Shown one piece after another: positions 9,228 through 20,002 of a DNA stretch of 64,000 nucleotides. The notes under the pieces are model-generated. The model saw only the letters and a program-made list of their open reading frames with translations, was not told the DNA's origin and did no database searches. Source of the stretch: Elainellaceae cyanobacterium (GTDB lineage: Bacteria; Cyanobacteriota; Cyanobacteriia; CAZCXK01); contig JBNPEG010000006.1 in assembly GCA_051117555.1 (NCBI GenBank), positions 1 through 64,000 on the forward strand, written 5' to 3'. How positions within the stretch are numbered: position 1 is the stretch's first letter; every line of letters starts with the position of its first letter. The position numbers and the translations under genes are program-made.

Positions 9228-10571
9228 ATGATCAAAATTCTCCATCTTTCAGATATTCACTTGGGTAGCGGGTTTTCTCATGGGCAAATCAACCCCGAAA
9301 CGGGACTCAACACGCGCTTAGAAGATTTTGTGAGCACCCTCGGACGCTGTATCGATCGGGCGATCGCCGAACCCGTCGACCTTGTTCTATTTGGTGGAGA
9401 TGCTTTTCCTGACGCAACACCTCCCCCCGTGGTTCAGCAGGCATTTGCCCGCCAGTTTCGGCGATTGGTTGATGCTCAAATTCCCACGGTATTGCTCGTG
9501 GGCAATCATGATCAGCACGCGCAAGGGCAAGGCGGAGCGAGTCTTTGCATTTATCGAACCCTAGGCGTGCCAGGATTTGTCGTGGGCGATCGCCTTGCGA
9601 CTCATGTGATTCAAACTCGCAGCGGTGCAATCCAAATCGTGACGCTGCCCTGGTTAACGCCTTCTACCCTATTGACGCGCCCTGATACCGAGGGGCTTTC
9701 TTTCGCTGATGTAAATCACCTGTTAATCGATCGGCTTCGGGTTGCCCTCGAAGGTGAAATTCGCGTGCTTGATCCGGATATTCCAACCGTTTTACTCGCC
9801 CATCTGATGACAGACACAGCTCGATATGGCGCTGAGCGATTTTTAGCAGTCGGGAAGGGGTTCACCGTGCCGATGGCGCTGCTGAATCGTCCGTGCTTTG
9901 ACTATGTAGCACTCGGACATGTCCATCGGCATCAAGTTCTTTGCAATCAGCCGCCGATTGTGTATCCCGGCAGTATCGAACGGGTTGATTTTAGTGAAGA
10001 AGATGAAGACAAAGGGTTTGTGCTAGCCACGGTTAAGCGCGGATCTGCTGACATTGAATTTTGCCCGCTTCCAGTGCGCCGATTTCGAACGATTCGAGTT
10101 GATCTCTCGCAGGCAGATCATCCCCATGACACATTATTGGGGGCGATCGCGTCCGAATCTATTGAAGATGCCGTCGTGCGCCTGATCTATCAGCTTCATC
10201 CAGATCAGCTCGACTCCATCGAGAGTTCAACACTCCACGCCGCTCTTTCCACTGCTCACACGTATACGATTCATCCCGAACTCATTAGCCAACTTGCTCG
10301 TCCTCGAATTCCAGAATTAGGACCTGAATGCGGGCTTTCACCGCTCGATGCGCTTAAAACATATCTTGAAACCCGTCCCGACCTTGACGATATTGCCGAA
10401 GAAATGATGGCAGTCGCTCACACGCTGACGGTTGATCACTCTCATTTCCGTCTAGACGATCCAAATTTTTACAAAGCCACCAGCAACCTGCAATCCAAAA
10501 CTGCTCAAGAGGAGCTTTACGCTTACTCTGATGACCTCGACGCGCAAGATTCTCAACTCAAGCTTCTTTAG
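9228..10571 (+). CDS. sbcD: SbcCD nuclease subunit D
   Basis: LHLSDIHLG, GGDAF, GNHD, ALGHVH, YPGS; start re-assigned to ATG 9228. Confidence 0.92.
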   Translation: MIKILHLSDIHLGSGFSHGQINPETGLNTRLEDFVSTLGRCIDRAIAEPVDLVLFGGDAFPDATPPPVVQQAFARQFRRLVDAQIPTVLLVGNHDQHAQGQGGASLCIYRTLGVPGFVVGDRLATHVIQTRSGAIQIVTLPWLTPSTLLTRPDTEGLSFADVNHLLIDRLRVALEGEIRVLDPDIPTVLLAHLMTDTARYGAERFLAVGKGFTVPMALLNRPCFDYVALGHVHRHQVLCNQPPIVYPGSIERVDFSEEDEDKGFVLATVKRGSADIEFCPLPVRRFRTIRVDLSQADHPHDTLLGAIASESIEDAVVRLIYQLHPDQLDSIESSTLHAALSTAHTYTIHPELISQLARPRIPELGPECGLSPLDALKTYLETRPDLDDIAEEMMAVAHTLTVDHSHFRLDDPNFYKATSNLQSKTAQEELYAYSDDLDAQDSQLKLL

Positions 10572-11178
10572 CAGTGAGTCTCATTTGAAGCAAAACCTGG
10601 CTAGATGATCTAAAGGCTTTGTTTTCTCCAGAAAATTCAAATCATGCTAAACGGGTGATGAATCTCCGTTTATTTGACCACAACCAGAAAATATGGCTGG
10701 ACGCGAAATTTACGTCCTGAATTATTTCTTGCCCCAAACGCATTTGATGATCTGACTTCATGCGTTAATAACTGCTTACATACATTTCTTGATAGTTGTG
10801 TAGTCCACATTTTCAAAGGATTTGAGCAAAATCCTAGTGCGTGGAACATAAATCACGCGGAAATTTCTAAAGAAAATCTAAAATTTTGATGAAATTTTCG
10901 TAAAGTTAAAAATCTCCACAGAATAGCTTAAAATCCACGCCGGTAAATGGATTTAGTTAAGAACATGAATGTGAAGGTTTTATGAAGTTAGGGGGAGTTT
11001 TTGCTGACCCCTGATCCCCAAATCAAAAAAGTCATGTTAGTTTGTTACAGTTCTGAAACAAAATGCAAACTCGTAATGACTACACATTGATAGTCAAGCG
11101 AAGCATTTTGAGTATCACGTCGAAATGTTTAGTTCTCGCTTAGTTTTTGAGTTTTAATTGCTTTTCAGAAGGAACTTT

Positions 11179-12369
11179 ATGAATCAAAAACTTTGGAGTG
11201 GTCTCACAGCTGCCCTCATTGTTACGGCTCTAGGTGTATCTCCGTCGAGTCAAGCTGGTCAGTCCAGGATCACGGACGAAGAATCAGGAAACAATGTTCC
11301 TCCAGGAGAAGCCCTTCCTGAAGCGTCTACCTCGGATTCACAGTCTTTTGATGAACTGTCTAGCATTGATTCGCTGTTGAACGCGGCTCAGTCTCCGATT
11401 GAGGTTGTTAAAGTCGGGGAATATCAGTCCCACGAGGACGTTGAAGTGGTGGATGAGGCGATCGCCACGATTTATTCCCACGAAATAGACGGTCAACAAG
11501 CGGCGACTCTCTATGTTCGGGATATTCCGGTTTTGACATTTTTGGGGTCGGACAACACAAACGCGTCTCGTCGTTCTGCTGACACTCGTGTTGCAGCATC
11601 GGCCGGTAGTTCTCAGCCTCGATTTATAGAGGGCGAAGAGCCCAAGGTTGCCTCCACTCAGGGCGATTCGCACGGCAGGTCTGCGAGTCAACCATCGCAT
11701 CCTGAGCAAGGGGATGCCGATGCCAGCCTCACGGACGCAGACTACAGCGCTGATCCGGTTTGGCGGGCAACCTCTATCGCTGCTCGACTTAATCAGCTAC
11801 ACCGGGACAATGTGGATGCCGAATCTGTTGCGGTTCGTTGGGATGCTGACCGCGAGCGCTTTGTGATCAGCATTGATGACAATGAGCTGGTCGAGATTAA
11901 TGCTCAGACAATCCTGCCAGATTCAACTAACGATTCCGCAGAAGACGCTCTGCAAGCTACGAACCGGCTTCGTCGACAGCTTGGCGATGCTGAGCCGTTG
12001 AGCCATATCGAGGGGGCTCCTACCCGACCTCAGCAGATTTCGTTGGGACCAATTCAGTTTAGTATTTCTGGAATGGCATCCTGGTATGGGCCGGGTTTCA
12101 ATGGTCGCCGGAGTGCCAGTGGCGAGATTTTTAATCAAAATGCCCTGACCGCAGCCCATCGAAGCCTGCCATTTGGCACGATGGTCGAAGTCACGAACCG
12201 AAACAATGGCTTATCTGTGGTTGTCCGGATCAATGACCGAGGTCCCTTTGGCGGAGGCCGAGTGATCGACCTTTCGGCAGGAGCGGCTCGTGCGATTGGC
12301 ATGATTCAAACTGGAGTTGCCCCAGTCACGATTGATGTTCTCTCGGATACTGCATCCAACCGTAACTAA
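11179..12369 (+). CDS. rlpA: Septal ring lytic transglycosylase RlpA family protein
   Basis: Signal peptide; C-terminal GMASWYG, TAAHRSLPFGT, RINDRGPF, IDLS. Confidence 0.92.
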   Translation: MNQKLWSGLTAALIVTALGVSPSSQAGQSRITDEESGNNVPPGEALPEASTSDSQSFDELSSIDSLLNAAQSPIEVVKVGEYQSHEDVEVVDEAIATIYSHEIDGQQAATLYVRDIPVLTFLGSDNTNASRRSADTRVAASAGSSQPRFIEGEEPKVASTQGDSHGRSASQPSHPEQGDADASLTDADYSADPVWRATSIAARLNQLHRDNVDAESVAVRWDADRERFVISIDDNELVEINAQTILPDSTNDSAEDALQATNRLRRQLGDAEPLSHIEGAPTRPQQISLGPIQFSISGMASWYGPGFNGRRSASGEIFNQNALTAAHRSLPFGTMVEVTNRNNGLSVVVRINDRGPFGGGRVIDLSAGAARAIGMIQTGVAPVTIDVLSDTASNRN

Positions 12370-12465
12370 ATTATGCTCGTGTTCTCATGGAAAACCATAT
12401 CGTTCACCTGAGAACGTTCGAGAATTCAGCATCATGACTCATTAAAAACTGTAAAAACTGTTGGG

Positions 12466-12493
12466 GGACTCGGCAACGTCGAGTCCTTTTTTT
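12466..12493 (+). terminator. Intrinsic terminator after rlpA
   Basis: GGACTCGGC-AAC-GTCGAGTCC stem followed by T7. Confidence 0.75.
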
Positions 12494-12697
12494 CGCTAAG
12501 ACTTACCCCTCTGCCTTTCGCCTTCCACCGCTATATCTTTCTGCTGTGCTGCTCGTTTTATAAAGCATTTTCTAAGACATCGTCTACTTTGGTGAATTAA
12601 TGACCTAGTGAGTTGGAATGAGGGGTAGGGGGAGGCATCTCCCTCAGGAATTTTGTAGACTACTATGCGGAGAGTTGAGTTAAATAGGTCACTGCTG

Positions 12698-14311
12698 GTG
12701 CGCCAATTTACCACAATTGCGGGATTATGTCGCTATCTGGAACTGCATCGGTTCCAGTCAGATGCGAATTTTGAACAGGGAGGTGATCGCCAGGATGCCT
12801 CTCACCGTCAGCAAACAGTCGGCCTAGTGCCGACAATGGGCGCGCTGCACGCAGGGCATGTCAGCCTAATTCGACGGGCACGGTTAGAAAATCATCTCGT
12901 GGTTGTGAGTATTTTTGTTAATCCTTTGCAGTTTGCCCCCAACGAAGATCTGCAGCGATATCCTCGAACTCCGGAGCACGATCATCAGCTATGTGCTAAC
13001 GAGAAAGTCGATGTTATTTTTACGCCGACCCCGGCAGAGCTGTATGGCACCTCTGATATATCAAATCGCGATCGCCTCACCCAGGTTATCCCGCCTGCTG
13101 AGATGATGGCGGTTTTATGCGGCCGGAGTCGTCCCGGTCATTTTCAGGGCGTTGCAACGGTCGTCACTAAGTTGCTGTCAATCGTGCAGCCTGATCGGGC
13201 TTATTTTGGTCAAAAGGATGCTCAACAGCTCGCGATTTTGCAACGACTTGTTCATGATTTGAATATTCCAGTCGAAATCGTGCCGTGCTCGATTATTCGA
13301 AACGAGTCAGGACTGGCGTTGAGTTCTCGCAACGACTATCTTACTGCTGAAGAAAAAGAGCGCGCTGCGGTTATTCCCCGCAGCCTAAATCAGGCTAAAC
13401 GCATATTTTCTCAGGGGGTTCGCGATCGCTCAGGTTTGCTCAATGGGGTGAAAATGGAACTTTCCTCAGAGCCTACCGTCCGGGTAGATTATGTGAATTT
13501 AGTTCACCCTCAAACACTGGCTCCATTGGAGCAAATTGATGAATCAGGGTTGCTGGCGATCGCTGTGTATCTAGGCTCTACTCGCTTAATTGATAACATT
13601 GTGTTACGCAACCGCAGACCCGTCATCGCAATTGACGGCCCCGCAGGAGCAGGCAAATCGACCGTGGCTCGACTTGTCGCCCGCAAGCTCGATCTCCTCT
13701 ATCTAGATTCTGGCGCGATGTATCGAGCCGTTACCTGGCTGGCGTTAAAGTCTGGGCTTGATTGCCATGACGAACCCGGCATCGCAGAATTAACGAGCCA
13801 ATGCCACATCCAGATTGCTCAAGGAGAACCTGAGCCCGATAGTCCATTGCCGGGTCTGTGCCGGGTTTGGGTCAATGGGCACGATGTAACTCACGATATT
13901 CGTAGTGCTGATGTCACAGCTTATGTGTCGGCGATCGCCGCTCAACCCGCTGTTCGGGAAGAACTCGTAAAACAGCAGCAATATTATGGCCGTGAGGGAG
14001 GAGTCGTTATGGACGGTCGTGATATTGGTACTCACGTCTTTCCTCATGCAGAATTAAAAATTTATCTCACTGCCTCGGTCCAGGAGAGAGCTCGCCGTCG
14101 TCAGCAAGACTTGAAAGATTTGGGCCAGCCAGATGAAAGTTTAGAAGACCTCGAACGCACAATCTACCAACGAGACTATCGAGACAGTACTCGGGCGATC
14201 GCCCCGCTTCGTAAAGCGCCTGATGCGGTCGAAATTGAAACCGATACGCTTTCAATTGATGAGGTGGTAGATACAATTATCGAGCTGTATGCGTCGCGCT
14301 GTCATCATTGA
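12698..14311 (+). CDS. panC-cmk: Bifunctional pantoate--beta-alanine ligase / cytidylate kinase
   Basis: VPTMGALHAGH, FGQKDAQQ, then IAIDGPAGAGKST and MDGRDIG; GTG start 12698 inferred. Confidence 0.94.
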   Translation: MRQFTTIAGLCRYLELHRFQSDANFEQGGDRQDASHRQQTVGLVPTMGALHAGHVSLIRRARLENHLVVVSIFVNPLQFAPNEDLQRYPRTPEHDHQLCANEKVDVIFTPTPAELYGTSDISNRDRLTQVIPPAEMMAVLCGRSRPGHFQGVATVVTKLLSIVQPDRAYFGQKDAQQLAILQRLVHDLNIPVEIVPCSIIRNESGLALSSRNDYLTAEEKERAAVIPRSLNQAKRIFSQGVRDRSGLLNGVKMELSSEPTVRVDYVNLVHPQTLAPLEQIDESGLLAIAVYLGSTRLIDNIVLRNRRPVIAIDGPAGAGKSTVARLVARKLDLLYLDSGAMYRAVTWLALKSGLDCHDEPGIAELTSQCHIQIAQGEPEPDSPLPGLCRVWVNGHDVTHDIRSADVTAYVSAIAAQPAVREELVKQQQYYGREGGVVMDGRDIGTHVFPHAELKIYLTASVQERARRRQQDLKDLGQPDESLEDLERTIYQRDYRDSTRAIAPLRKAPDAVEIETDTLSIDEVVDTIIELYASRCHH

Positions 14312-15883
14312 TTACAAGTCATACAAACTCACAAATGAGGTGGGAACGTTACTCTTGAAGGAGTCAACTTTCTGGCCGATTTTATCTAGATGAGATATGA
14401 CAAATTCGGTCTCGTCTCGCAGCCGAGAATCGGAGACTAAAAACCAAACTCTAGGTTCGCCCTTGAATTGATTAATATCATTTCGATACCCAACTTTCTC
14501 ATCTTGGGTTGATATTGTCTGGGTGAGATCATCGTCTAAATCGATGCCGATTTTATATTCATCCGGTGTGAAACCATACCGAGCGGCATAGTATCTAAAC
14601 TGAAACTTTCCTTTTTGAAACACATAGATCTCATCACCAGGTTGATGATGATCTCGGACATAATCCATGACAGGTTTAATGTTTTCAAGCATGTAAGGCT
14701 TTACTAAAAATAAGCACCCTTCTACCACGGGAAAGCCTAGGATAAAGATTGCAATTAAACCACTTGCTAGCGCGCTTTTGACGCGGACGCTTTCTAGAAT
14801 ATTTGTCAATCCTTTGACGAGGAGAATGATAAAGAAAGGAGCCAAGAATAGTACTAATCGATTATCAAACGGGTATTGGTGAAGATATCCGGCTAGGAGC
14901 GTTAATAGGGCAGGAGTTATTAACGAAAAGAGATGAACTCGCTGATGTTTAAATAGCGAGATGCAGCCAATTAAGAACATCAAACCTGCGAGTTCACTAA
15001 TGACAGGCGGGAAGCCTAACGGTTTATAGAAGAAAAGGCGCGTTGCGTCAAAAAACCAGCCCCCATCCCACGGCGATTCAGGAAACTCATTTGACCACGT
15101 AAAGGGTAGGAACTTGTTGCTGCGAATATCAGCCAACGAAATTAGGTAAAAAGCGATAAAGCTACTCAGCCAGATACCATAAATGCCTAGCCTCTGACCG
15201 ATTTGATCTGGCGCAATTTGATCTGGTGAAATTTGATCTGGCGCAATTTGGCTCTCTTGACGGGTCGTTAGAGACCTTTTTAGATACCTTTGTAGATCTG
15301 AGATTAGATAAACAAGCTCAACCCCGGCAAGAATAAACACCACAGGATGTGAAAACCAAATGGCGATCGCTCCCACTAGACCTGTCCATATAGTTCGAGC
15401 TGGGGTCAATGCCTGAGTGTGGCTATGGAGTAACACCCAAAACATGACTAACCCAATTGCTACATCACTCGCGTATTGTTTGGTTTCTGATGCGTAATAG
15501 ACCAAATATTGGTTGCTTGAAAATAAAGCTAGAGCGAATAATGTTCCTCTTTTATTAAGATAAAATCTCGCTAGCCGATAAAAAATAAAAAGCGAAAAAA
15601 TTGACACCAGCAGCGGAAATAATCTCAGTGCATACTCATTATTTCCAAACAGTTGAACAGCTAGTTTCTCAACCATCAGAAAACCAACAGGTGCTGCTTG
15701 GTCATAGTCAAGCGGCTGTAAGAAATCGAGATAGGAACTGTTCACAATATTGAGAGCAATTTTAGCCTCATCTGCCCAGAGTGAACGGTTATAGAGATAC
15801 TGAACCAGCCGAATTAAAATCCCGAAGCCAATGATTATAATTACCCATTTTCTAAACGGGATTCTCAAACCTTTTTTAAGCAT
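14312..15883 (-). CDS. GT-C / family 39-like membrane glycosyltransferase
   Basis: SLWADEA, ETKQY and many TM helices; the ORF extension to 15958 is repeat-derived. Confidence 0.8.
   Translation of the reverse strand: MLKKGLRIPFRKWVIIIIGFGILIRLVQYLYNRSLWADEAKIALNIVNSSYLDFLQPLDYDQAAPVGFLMVEKLAVQLFGNNEYALRLFPLLVSIFSLFIFYRLARFYLNKRGTLFALALFSSNQYLVYYASETKQYASDVAIGLVMFWVLLHSHTQALTPARTIWTGLVGAIAIWFSHPVVFILAGVELVYLISDLQRYLKRSLTTRQESQIAPDQISPDQIAPDQIGQRLGIYGIWLSSFIAFYLISLADIRSNKFLPFTWSNEFPESPWDGGWFFDATRLFFYKPLGFPPVISELAGLMFLIGCISLFKHQRVHLFSLITPALLTLLAGYLHQYPFDNRLVLFLAPFFIILLVKGLTNILESVRVKSALASGLIAIFILGFPVVEGCLFLVKPYMLENIKPVMDYVRDHHQPGDEIYVFQKGKFQFRYYAARYGFTPDEYKIGIDLDDDLTQTISTQDEKVGYRNDINQFKGEPRVWFLVSDSRLRDETEFVISHLDKIGQKVDSFKSNVPTSFVSLYDL
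15201..15245. repeat. In-frame 15-bp x3 repeat (QIAPD/QISPD)
   Basis: ATTTGATCTGG(C/T)G(C/A)A x3. Confidence 0.9.
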
Positions 15884-15895
15884 AAAACCTGCAAT

Positions 15896-15986
15896 TATAT
15901 CGTTCCTAAATCGCTTGTGAATTGTGTGTGAGGGTGGGACGGTTGGCGATCGCCCCACCCCTCACACCCCATCTGGGATTGCTATA
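15896..15986. mobile_element. Family B miniature inverted-repeat element, uninterrupted copy (91 bp)
   Basis: TATATCGTTCCTAAAT...ATCTGGGATTGCTATA termini; GTGTGAGGG/CCCTCACAC hairpin containing HIP1; homologous in reverse to 27181-27412. Confidence 0.78.
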
Positions 15987-15996
15987 GAACGTTAGT

Positions 15997-16899
15997 TTAA
16001 GGCGACGAGAAATAAATTATAGCGTCATAGGGATCAAGAAAAGATTTGAAATCCCAATGGAAATTATATGCAGTTGGCTTAATATCTTGGGTGTTAGGGA
16101 TCACAGTCGTATCTTGACTGAATCCAGCTCGGTCCATCCCATACCTAAAGGAATTCGTTTGGGATGACGATAAAACCCGAACGTTTTTGGCTTTTTCTGA
16201 GGGAACAACCGACCGGATCAAATGTCGAAAAAAGGGACGCGAATACCCCAGATTGATATCATATGCAGCACAGTGTCCTGCTCCAAACAGGGCAACGTAG
16301 CGAGTCCCAGCTTGAAAATAGGTTCGAATATTTTGGCTGATAAACCCGTCCCGGCTCAATCGTCGTCGCTCTGATCGAATTTGCTCTAGATTTCTCCAGG
16401 CCGACTGCTGGCGAGTCTCATCGACTCCGATGACTTGAAGCTGCGGATTTTTGGCCTGCGCTGCGCGAATGATGGCTGCGATATCGACCCCAAGCAATCC
16501 GACAGCTTCAACGCCCGCCTCGACCGCATTCATAATTTGCTCGACCTGAGTTGGATCTGCCTCCAGCATCAACACATCCATCTTCAAATCCGGAATGATG
16601 CGACCTGCCAAAAACTGACGGTGTATCTCAGTATGAGCCTCTCCGATACAGAGAAAGTCGAGGTCAGACTGGTTGATCTGCTCAAGCCATTCTGAGAGAG
16701 AGATTTGATTGGCAAGCAGTTCGGCGCGGAAATCTTGCGAATCTGCAATCCAGAAGTCTGAATCAAGCGTCTCGGCAGGAGAATCACTAAATGAGTGTGG
16801 GTCAGGCTGCGGCGCAGGGGGTTGAGTGAGGGCAGGTTGTGCCGCGATCGCCATCCCCACTACAAGAGCCAAAACAATGGCTTTAATTCCAATCGACAT
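15997..16899 (-). CDS. Secreted protein, probable ChaN/EreA/TIKI-like superfamily
   Basis: Signal peptide; CIGEAH, LMLE, RD and ALFGAGH pattern. Confidence 0.55.
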   Translation of the reverse strand: MSIGIKAIVLALVVGMAIAAQPALTQPPAPQPDPHSFSDSPAETLDSDFWIADSQDFRAELLANQISLSEWLEQINQSDLDFLCIGEAHTEIHRQFLAGRIIPDLKMDVLMLEADPTQVEQIMNAVEAGVEAVGLLGVDIAAIIRAAQAKNPQLQVIGVDETRQQSAWRNLEQIRSERRRLSRDGFISQNIRTYFQAGTRYVALFGAGHCAAYDINLGYSRPFFRHLIRSVVPSEKAKNVRVLSSSQTNSFRYGMDRAGFSQDTTVIPNTQDIKPTAYNFHWDFKSFLDPYDAIIYFSSP

Positions 16900-17103
16900 A
16901 GGTGTTGGCTCGCGCAAATGCTAACAAAATTGTAGCGAGCCACCTGATTGAACGCCTAATGACAGGATGACGGGTCAGACGTTTGGCTGGGCAGGGTCTG
17001 ATTGCTCGACGTTCGCTTGGTCAAGATGCGAGCAACATCGCCTGACTTGGAGACAGATTTGAAGTAAAGAAGCGATAAAGTGATAGCAAAAACACTATAA
17101 AGA

Positions 17104-18681
17104 TTACAAAACCAAAGGTTCGAGGGCGCGATCGCTCCAGGTTTGGTGATATCGCTCTGAGATAAACGGACGCACAATCAACGTCGGCGGACATCCGGGT
17201 TTAACATCAATTCGCAAGAAGGAGTAGGGGCGCCGCCGTTCTAGTTTGTGACCGCTCAGCCCAATAAAGACCTGAGATTTGGCGACTAACCGGGCTTCGA
17301 GATCGGTCGAATGGTCGGAGGGAGGCATATCTTCATATAATTCAGGTCCTTCTGGGCGTTGACGGCGCAAACTCAACCCACTTCCCCCGCAAACAATCCA
17401 ATTGAGATGAGAGTCTGCATGCCCAGTGTCCATCGTGCGGAGATATTCAAAGCAGTGCGCATGACCGTTCAAAATCAAATCGACGAGCGATCGCCCTGAC
17501 GCCTGTTCTCCTACTGCGTCTGCCACTCTGTCTAACACCCAACGGAGGTGATGACGCACCGCCAGCGTTTGCCCCTGATGCCATTTTGTGATTTCAGTGA
17601 CGTAGGGAGGATGGTGAAAATAAATGATCCGCCCTCGAACCTCAGGATTGCGCCACGATTCAATCAGCCGTCGTTGGAGCCACACAAGCTGCTCGATGTC
17701 GATATCCGTCGTTTCGGGAACTGCTAATTGCTTTTCGATATCGAGCTTCATTTCTTCGAGCTGCTCTAGCTTGGCGTGCAAGTCATCGATTCGCTCTGCC
17801 CCCTCCGGCAGGTTGAGATTGAGATGAGACGCTTCCTCTCGAATTTGCTGTTCTTGCTGCTGAAGCTCTTGATACTGAGCCGTCAGCAGTTGGCGATCGC
17901 CCAGTTGCTCGTGGGGCAGCGATGATGGTGCATTCAACGTGCTAGAGTCGAGTGCAAAAAAATCGATGCCGCCATAGCGGAATGTGTAGTAGCGATTGGG
18001 TAAGCGCGTAAATAGACCGGGTTGGTAGCGCAAACACCGCCCCGTATCACTGTGAGCGGTGTAGTGGCGATCGAGATGCTGGCTGAGCTGATTTGAACGC
18101 TGAAGCGGCCTGAGCGGGTCTAAAAACGCTCGAGTAAAGGCGTTTCCAGTTTGTGATCCTTGCCAGCCAATATCCATCCTCAGTTTTCGCCCCGTCAACC
18201 AATAGAATGACCGCATCCCTTGGAACGCTAGCCAGTAGAGAAATGGCACGTTGTAATAGTCATGGTTACCCAGCACAGGCAAAAACGGCCGCTGAAACAC
18301 CATACGGTCGAATGGAATGCGATCAGGATGGCTGCCACCCACCAAAAATTCTCGATAGGGCTTGATGAAATTTTCGAGATACTGCTCCTGGGCGCCGACC
18401 TGGTAAATCACATCCCCCGTATGCAGCAAAAACCGACATGCGGAGTGATGAGGCAGCATTTGCTCAGCGATGCGTCGCTGAGGATGGTGATCAGAGTGAG
18501 GACCTGAACCGCTGTCTCCGATCACGAGAAATGAAAACTCTGAGTCGTCAGCTTGACCATCATCAATGGTAAGACGGGTTTGATCGATGCCTTGCTCGCG
18601 CAGAAGCGAATGCTGCCAAAGCAACCGCTCGTTCATTTTGCGAATTTTGCGGGCAATCGATGGATCTAGAACACTAGACAT
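17104..18681 (-). CDS. Calcineurin-like metallophosphoesterase
   Basis: IGDSG, TGDVIY, LGNHDY, HHPPY, NGHAH. Confidence 0.9.
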   Translation of the reverse strand: MSSVLDPSIARKIRKMNERLLWQHSLLREQGIDQTRLTIDDGQADDSEFSFLVIGDSGSGPHSDHHPQRRIAEQMLPHHSACRFLLHTGDVIYQVGAQEQYLENFIKPYREFLVGGSHPDRIPFDRMVFQRPFLPVLGNHDYYNVPFLYWLAFQGMRSFYWLTGRKLRMDIGWQGSQTGNAFTRAFLDPLRPLQRSNQLSQHLDRHYTAHSDTGRCLRYQPGLFTRLPNRYYTFRYGGIDFFALDSSTLNAPSSLPHEQLGDRQLLTAQYQELQQQEQQIREEASHLNLNLPEGAERIDDLHAKLEQLEEMKLDIEKQLAVPETTDIDIEQLVWLQRRLIESWRNPEVRGRIIYFHHPPYVTEITKWHQGQTLAVRHHLRWVLDRVADAVGEQASGRSLVDLILNGHAHCFEYLRTMDTGHADSHLNWIVCGGSGLSLRRQRPEGPELYEDMPPSDHSTDLEARLVAKSQVFIGLSGHKLERRRPYSFLRIDVKPGCPPTLIVRPFISERYHQTWSDRALEPLVL

Positions 18682-19059
18682 GATTGGACGTGATGGTCAT
18701 TGCCTATAGGGTACTCGGTCTGAGCTAAATGCTTGGGGAAAAAGCACTTAAAGCGGGAAAGTTCGGCGCAATCTCAGAATTAAACAGGGGGTGCGCTACC
18801 AAATTGCATCAGGATGAGAACAACTCCCCAGAAGAAGATTAATAGTGTGATCCAAGACATCATAATTCGTTCGAGTGATAAATAGCGTCAGTTGTGTAGT
18901 CTTTACATTTCTAAACTAAAAGAGTTTAATACCGTTGACCTAGTGAGGATAGCCGTAACACATCTGAAAGTTTGAGGCGATCGCCATTCTGAGTAAGCAT
19001 CTACCCAAATCCTGTGATCTACGTAAGATCAAGAATTAGTGACTGCTTGAGGAAACTGA

Positions 19060-19992
19060 ATGGACATTAGCGCAGCCTTGCCGACATTTGTAATCACCCT
19101 GAGAGAAGGGGTCGAAGCCGCTCTCGTCGTCGGTATTGTGATGGCATATCTGAAGAAAGTTAACCAGACTCGGCTCTATGCGTGGGTTTATTCGGGAATT
19201 GGAGCCGGAATTGGAGCCAGCGTTGTGGTCGGTGTGCTGCTCAGTGGCGTGCTGGTTGCATTGCAGACCAGTGAAAATGGCTATGCCCAAGTTTTGAAAC
19301 CTGCCTTAGAAGGCGTGTTTGGCGTTGTGGCGATCGCCCTTCTAAGCTGGATGCTGATCTGGATGACTCAGCAGGCTAAGTCAATGAAAGGCGAAATTGA
19401 AGACTCAATTACATCAGCCCTGCGCGACACAGGAGCAGGGTGGGGAGTCTTTGGGTTGATTGCGGTCGCAGTTTTACGCGAAGGGTTCGAAACGGTCGTA
19501 TTTATCATTGCCAAATTTGAACAAGGAGGAATGGCAACTGCTGGGGCGATCGCGGGCTTGATGGGTGCCGTGGGCATTGGCATTTTGCTATTTAGACTCG
19601 GCATTCGCATCAATCTTCGCCGATTCTTCCAAGTGATGGGGGTTCTGCTACTGCTGATTGTCTGTGGTTTGGTGGTCGGTGCCCTACGCCATTTTGATGG
19701 CGCAGTTAGCATGCTCGCTCAGCTTGATCCTCAATATTCATCGCTCTGCATATCGTCTGCCTCTTGCATCTTAGGCCCTCAGGTCTGGGATACCAGCGCC
19801 ATTCTGCCCGACAAAAAATTCCCAGGCATCCTCCTCAAAGCTTTCTTCGGCTACACTGAACGGCTCTATCTGCTGCAAGCGGTGGGGTATGTCGCCTTTT
19901 TGCTGACCATTGGCAGCATCTATGTGCAAAGCGTCACCGGGCGCAACCTGTTCCAACTGGGTCAACGTCAGCCGTCTCAAGAGTCTCAGTGA
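19060..19992 (+). CDS. FTR1 family iron permease
   Basis: Two REGxE motifs (REGVE, REGFE). Confidence 0.92.
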   Translation: MDISAALPTFVITLREGVEAALVVGIVMAYLKKVNQTRLYAWVYSGIGAGIGASVVVGVLLSGVLVALQTSENGYAQVLKPALEGVFGVVAIALLSWMLIWMTQQAKSMKGEIEDSITSALRDTGAGWGVFGLIAVAVLREGFETVVFIIAKFEQGGMATAGAIAGLMGAVGIGILLFRLGIRINLRRFFQVMGVLLLLIVCGLVVGALRHFDGAVSMLAQLDPQYSSLCISSASCILGPQVWDTSAILPDKKFPGILLKAFFGYTERLYLLQAVGYVAFLLTIGSIYVQSVTGRNLFQLGQRQPSQESQ

Positions 19993-20002
19993 ACAACGAC
20001 AT

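Noticed and set aside
16943..16957. CCTGATTGAACGCCT identical to the repeat after gdhA
   Set aside because: A single 15-bp match with no flanking similarity; too weak to interpret.
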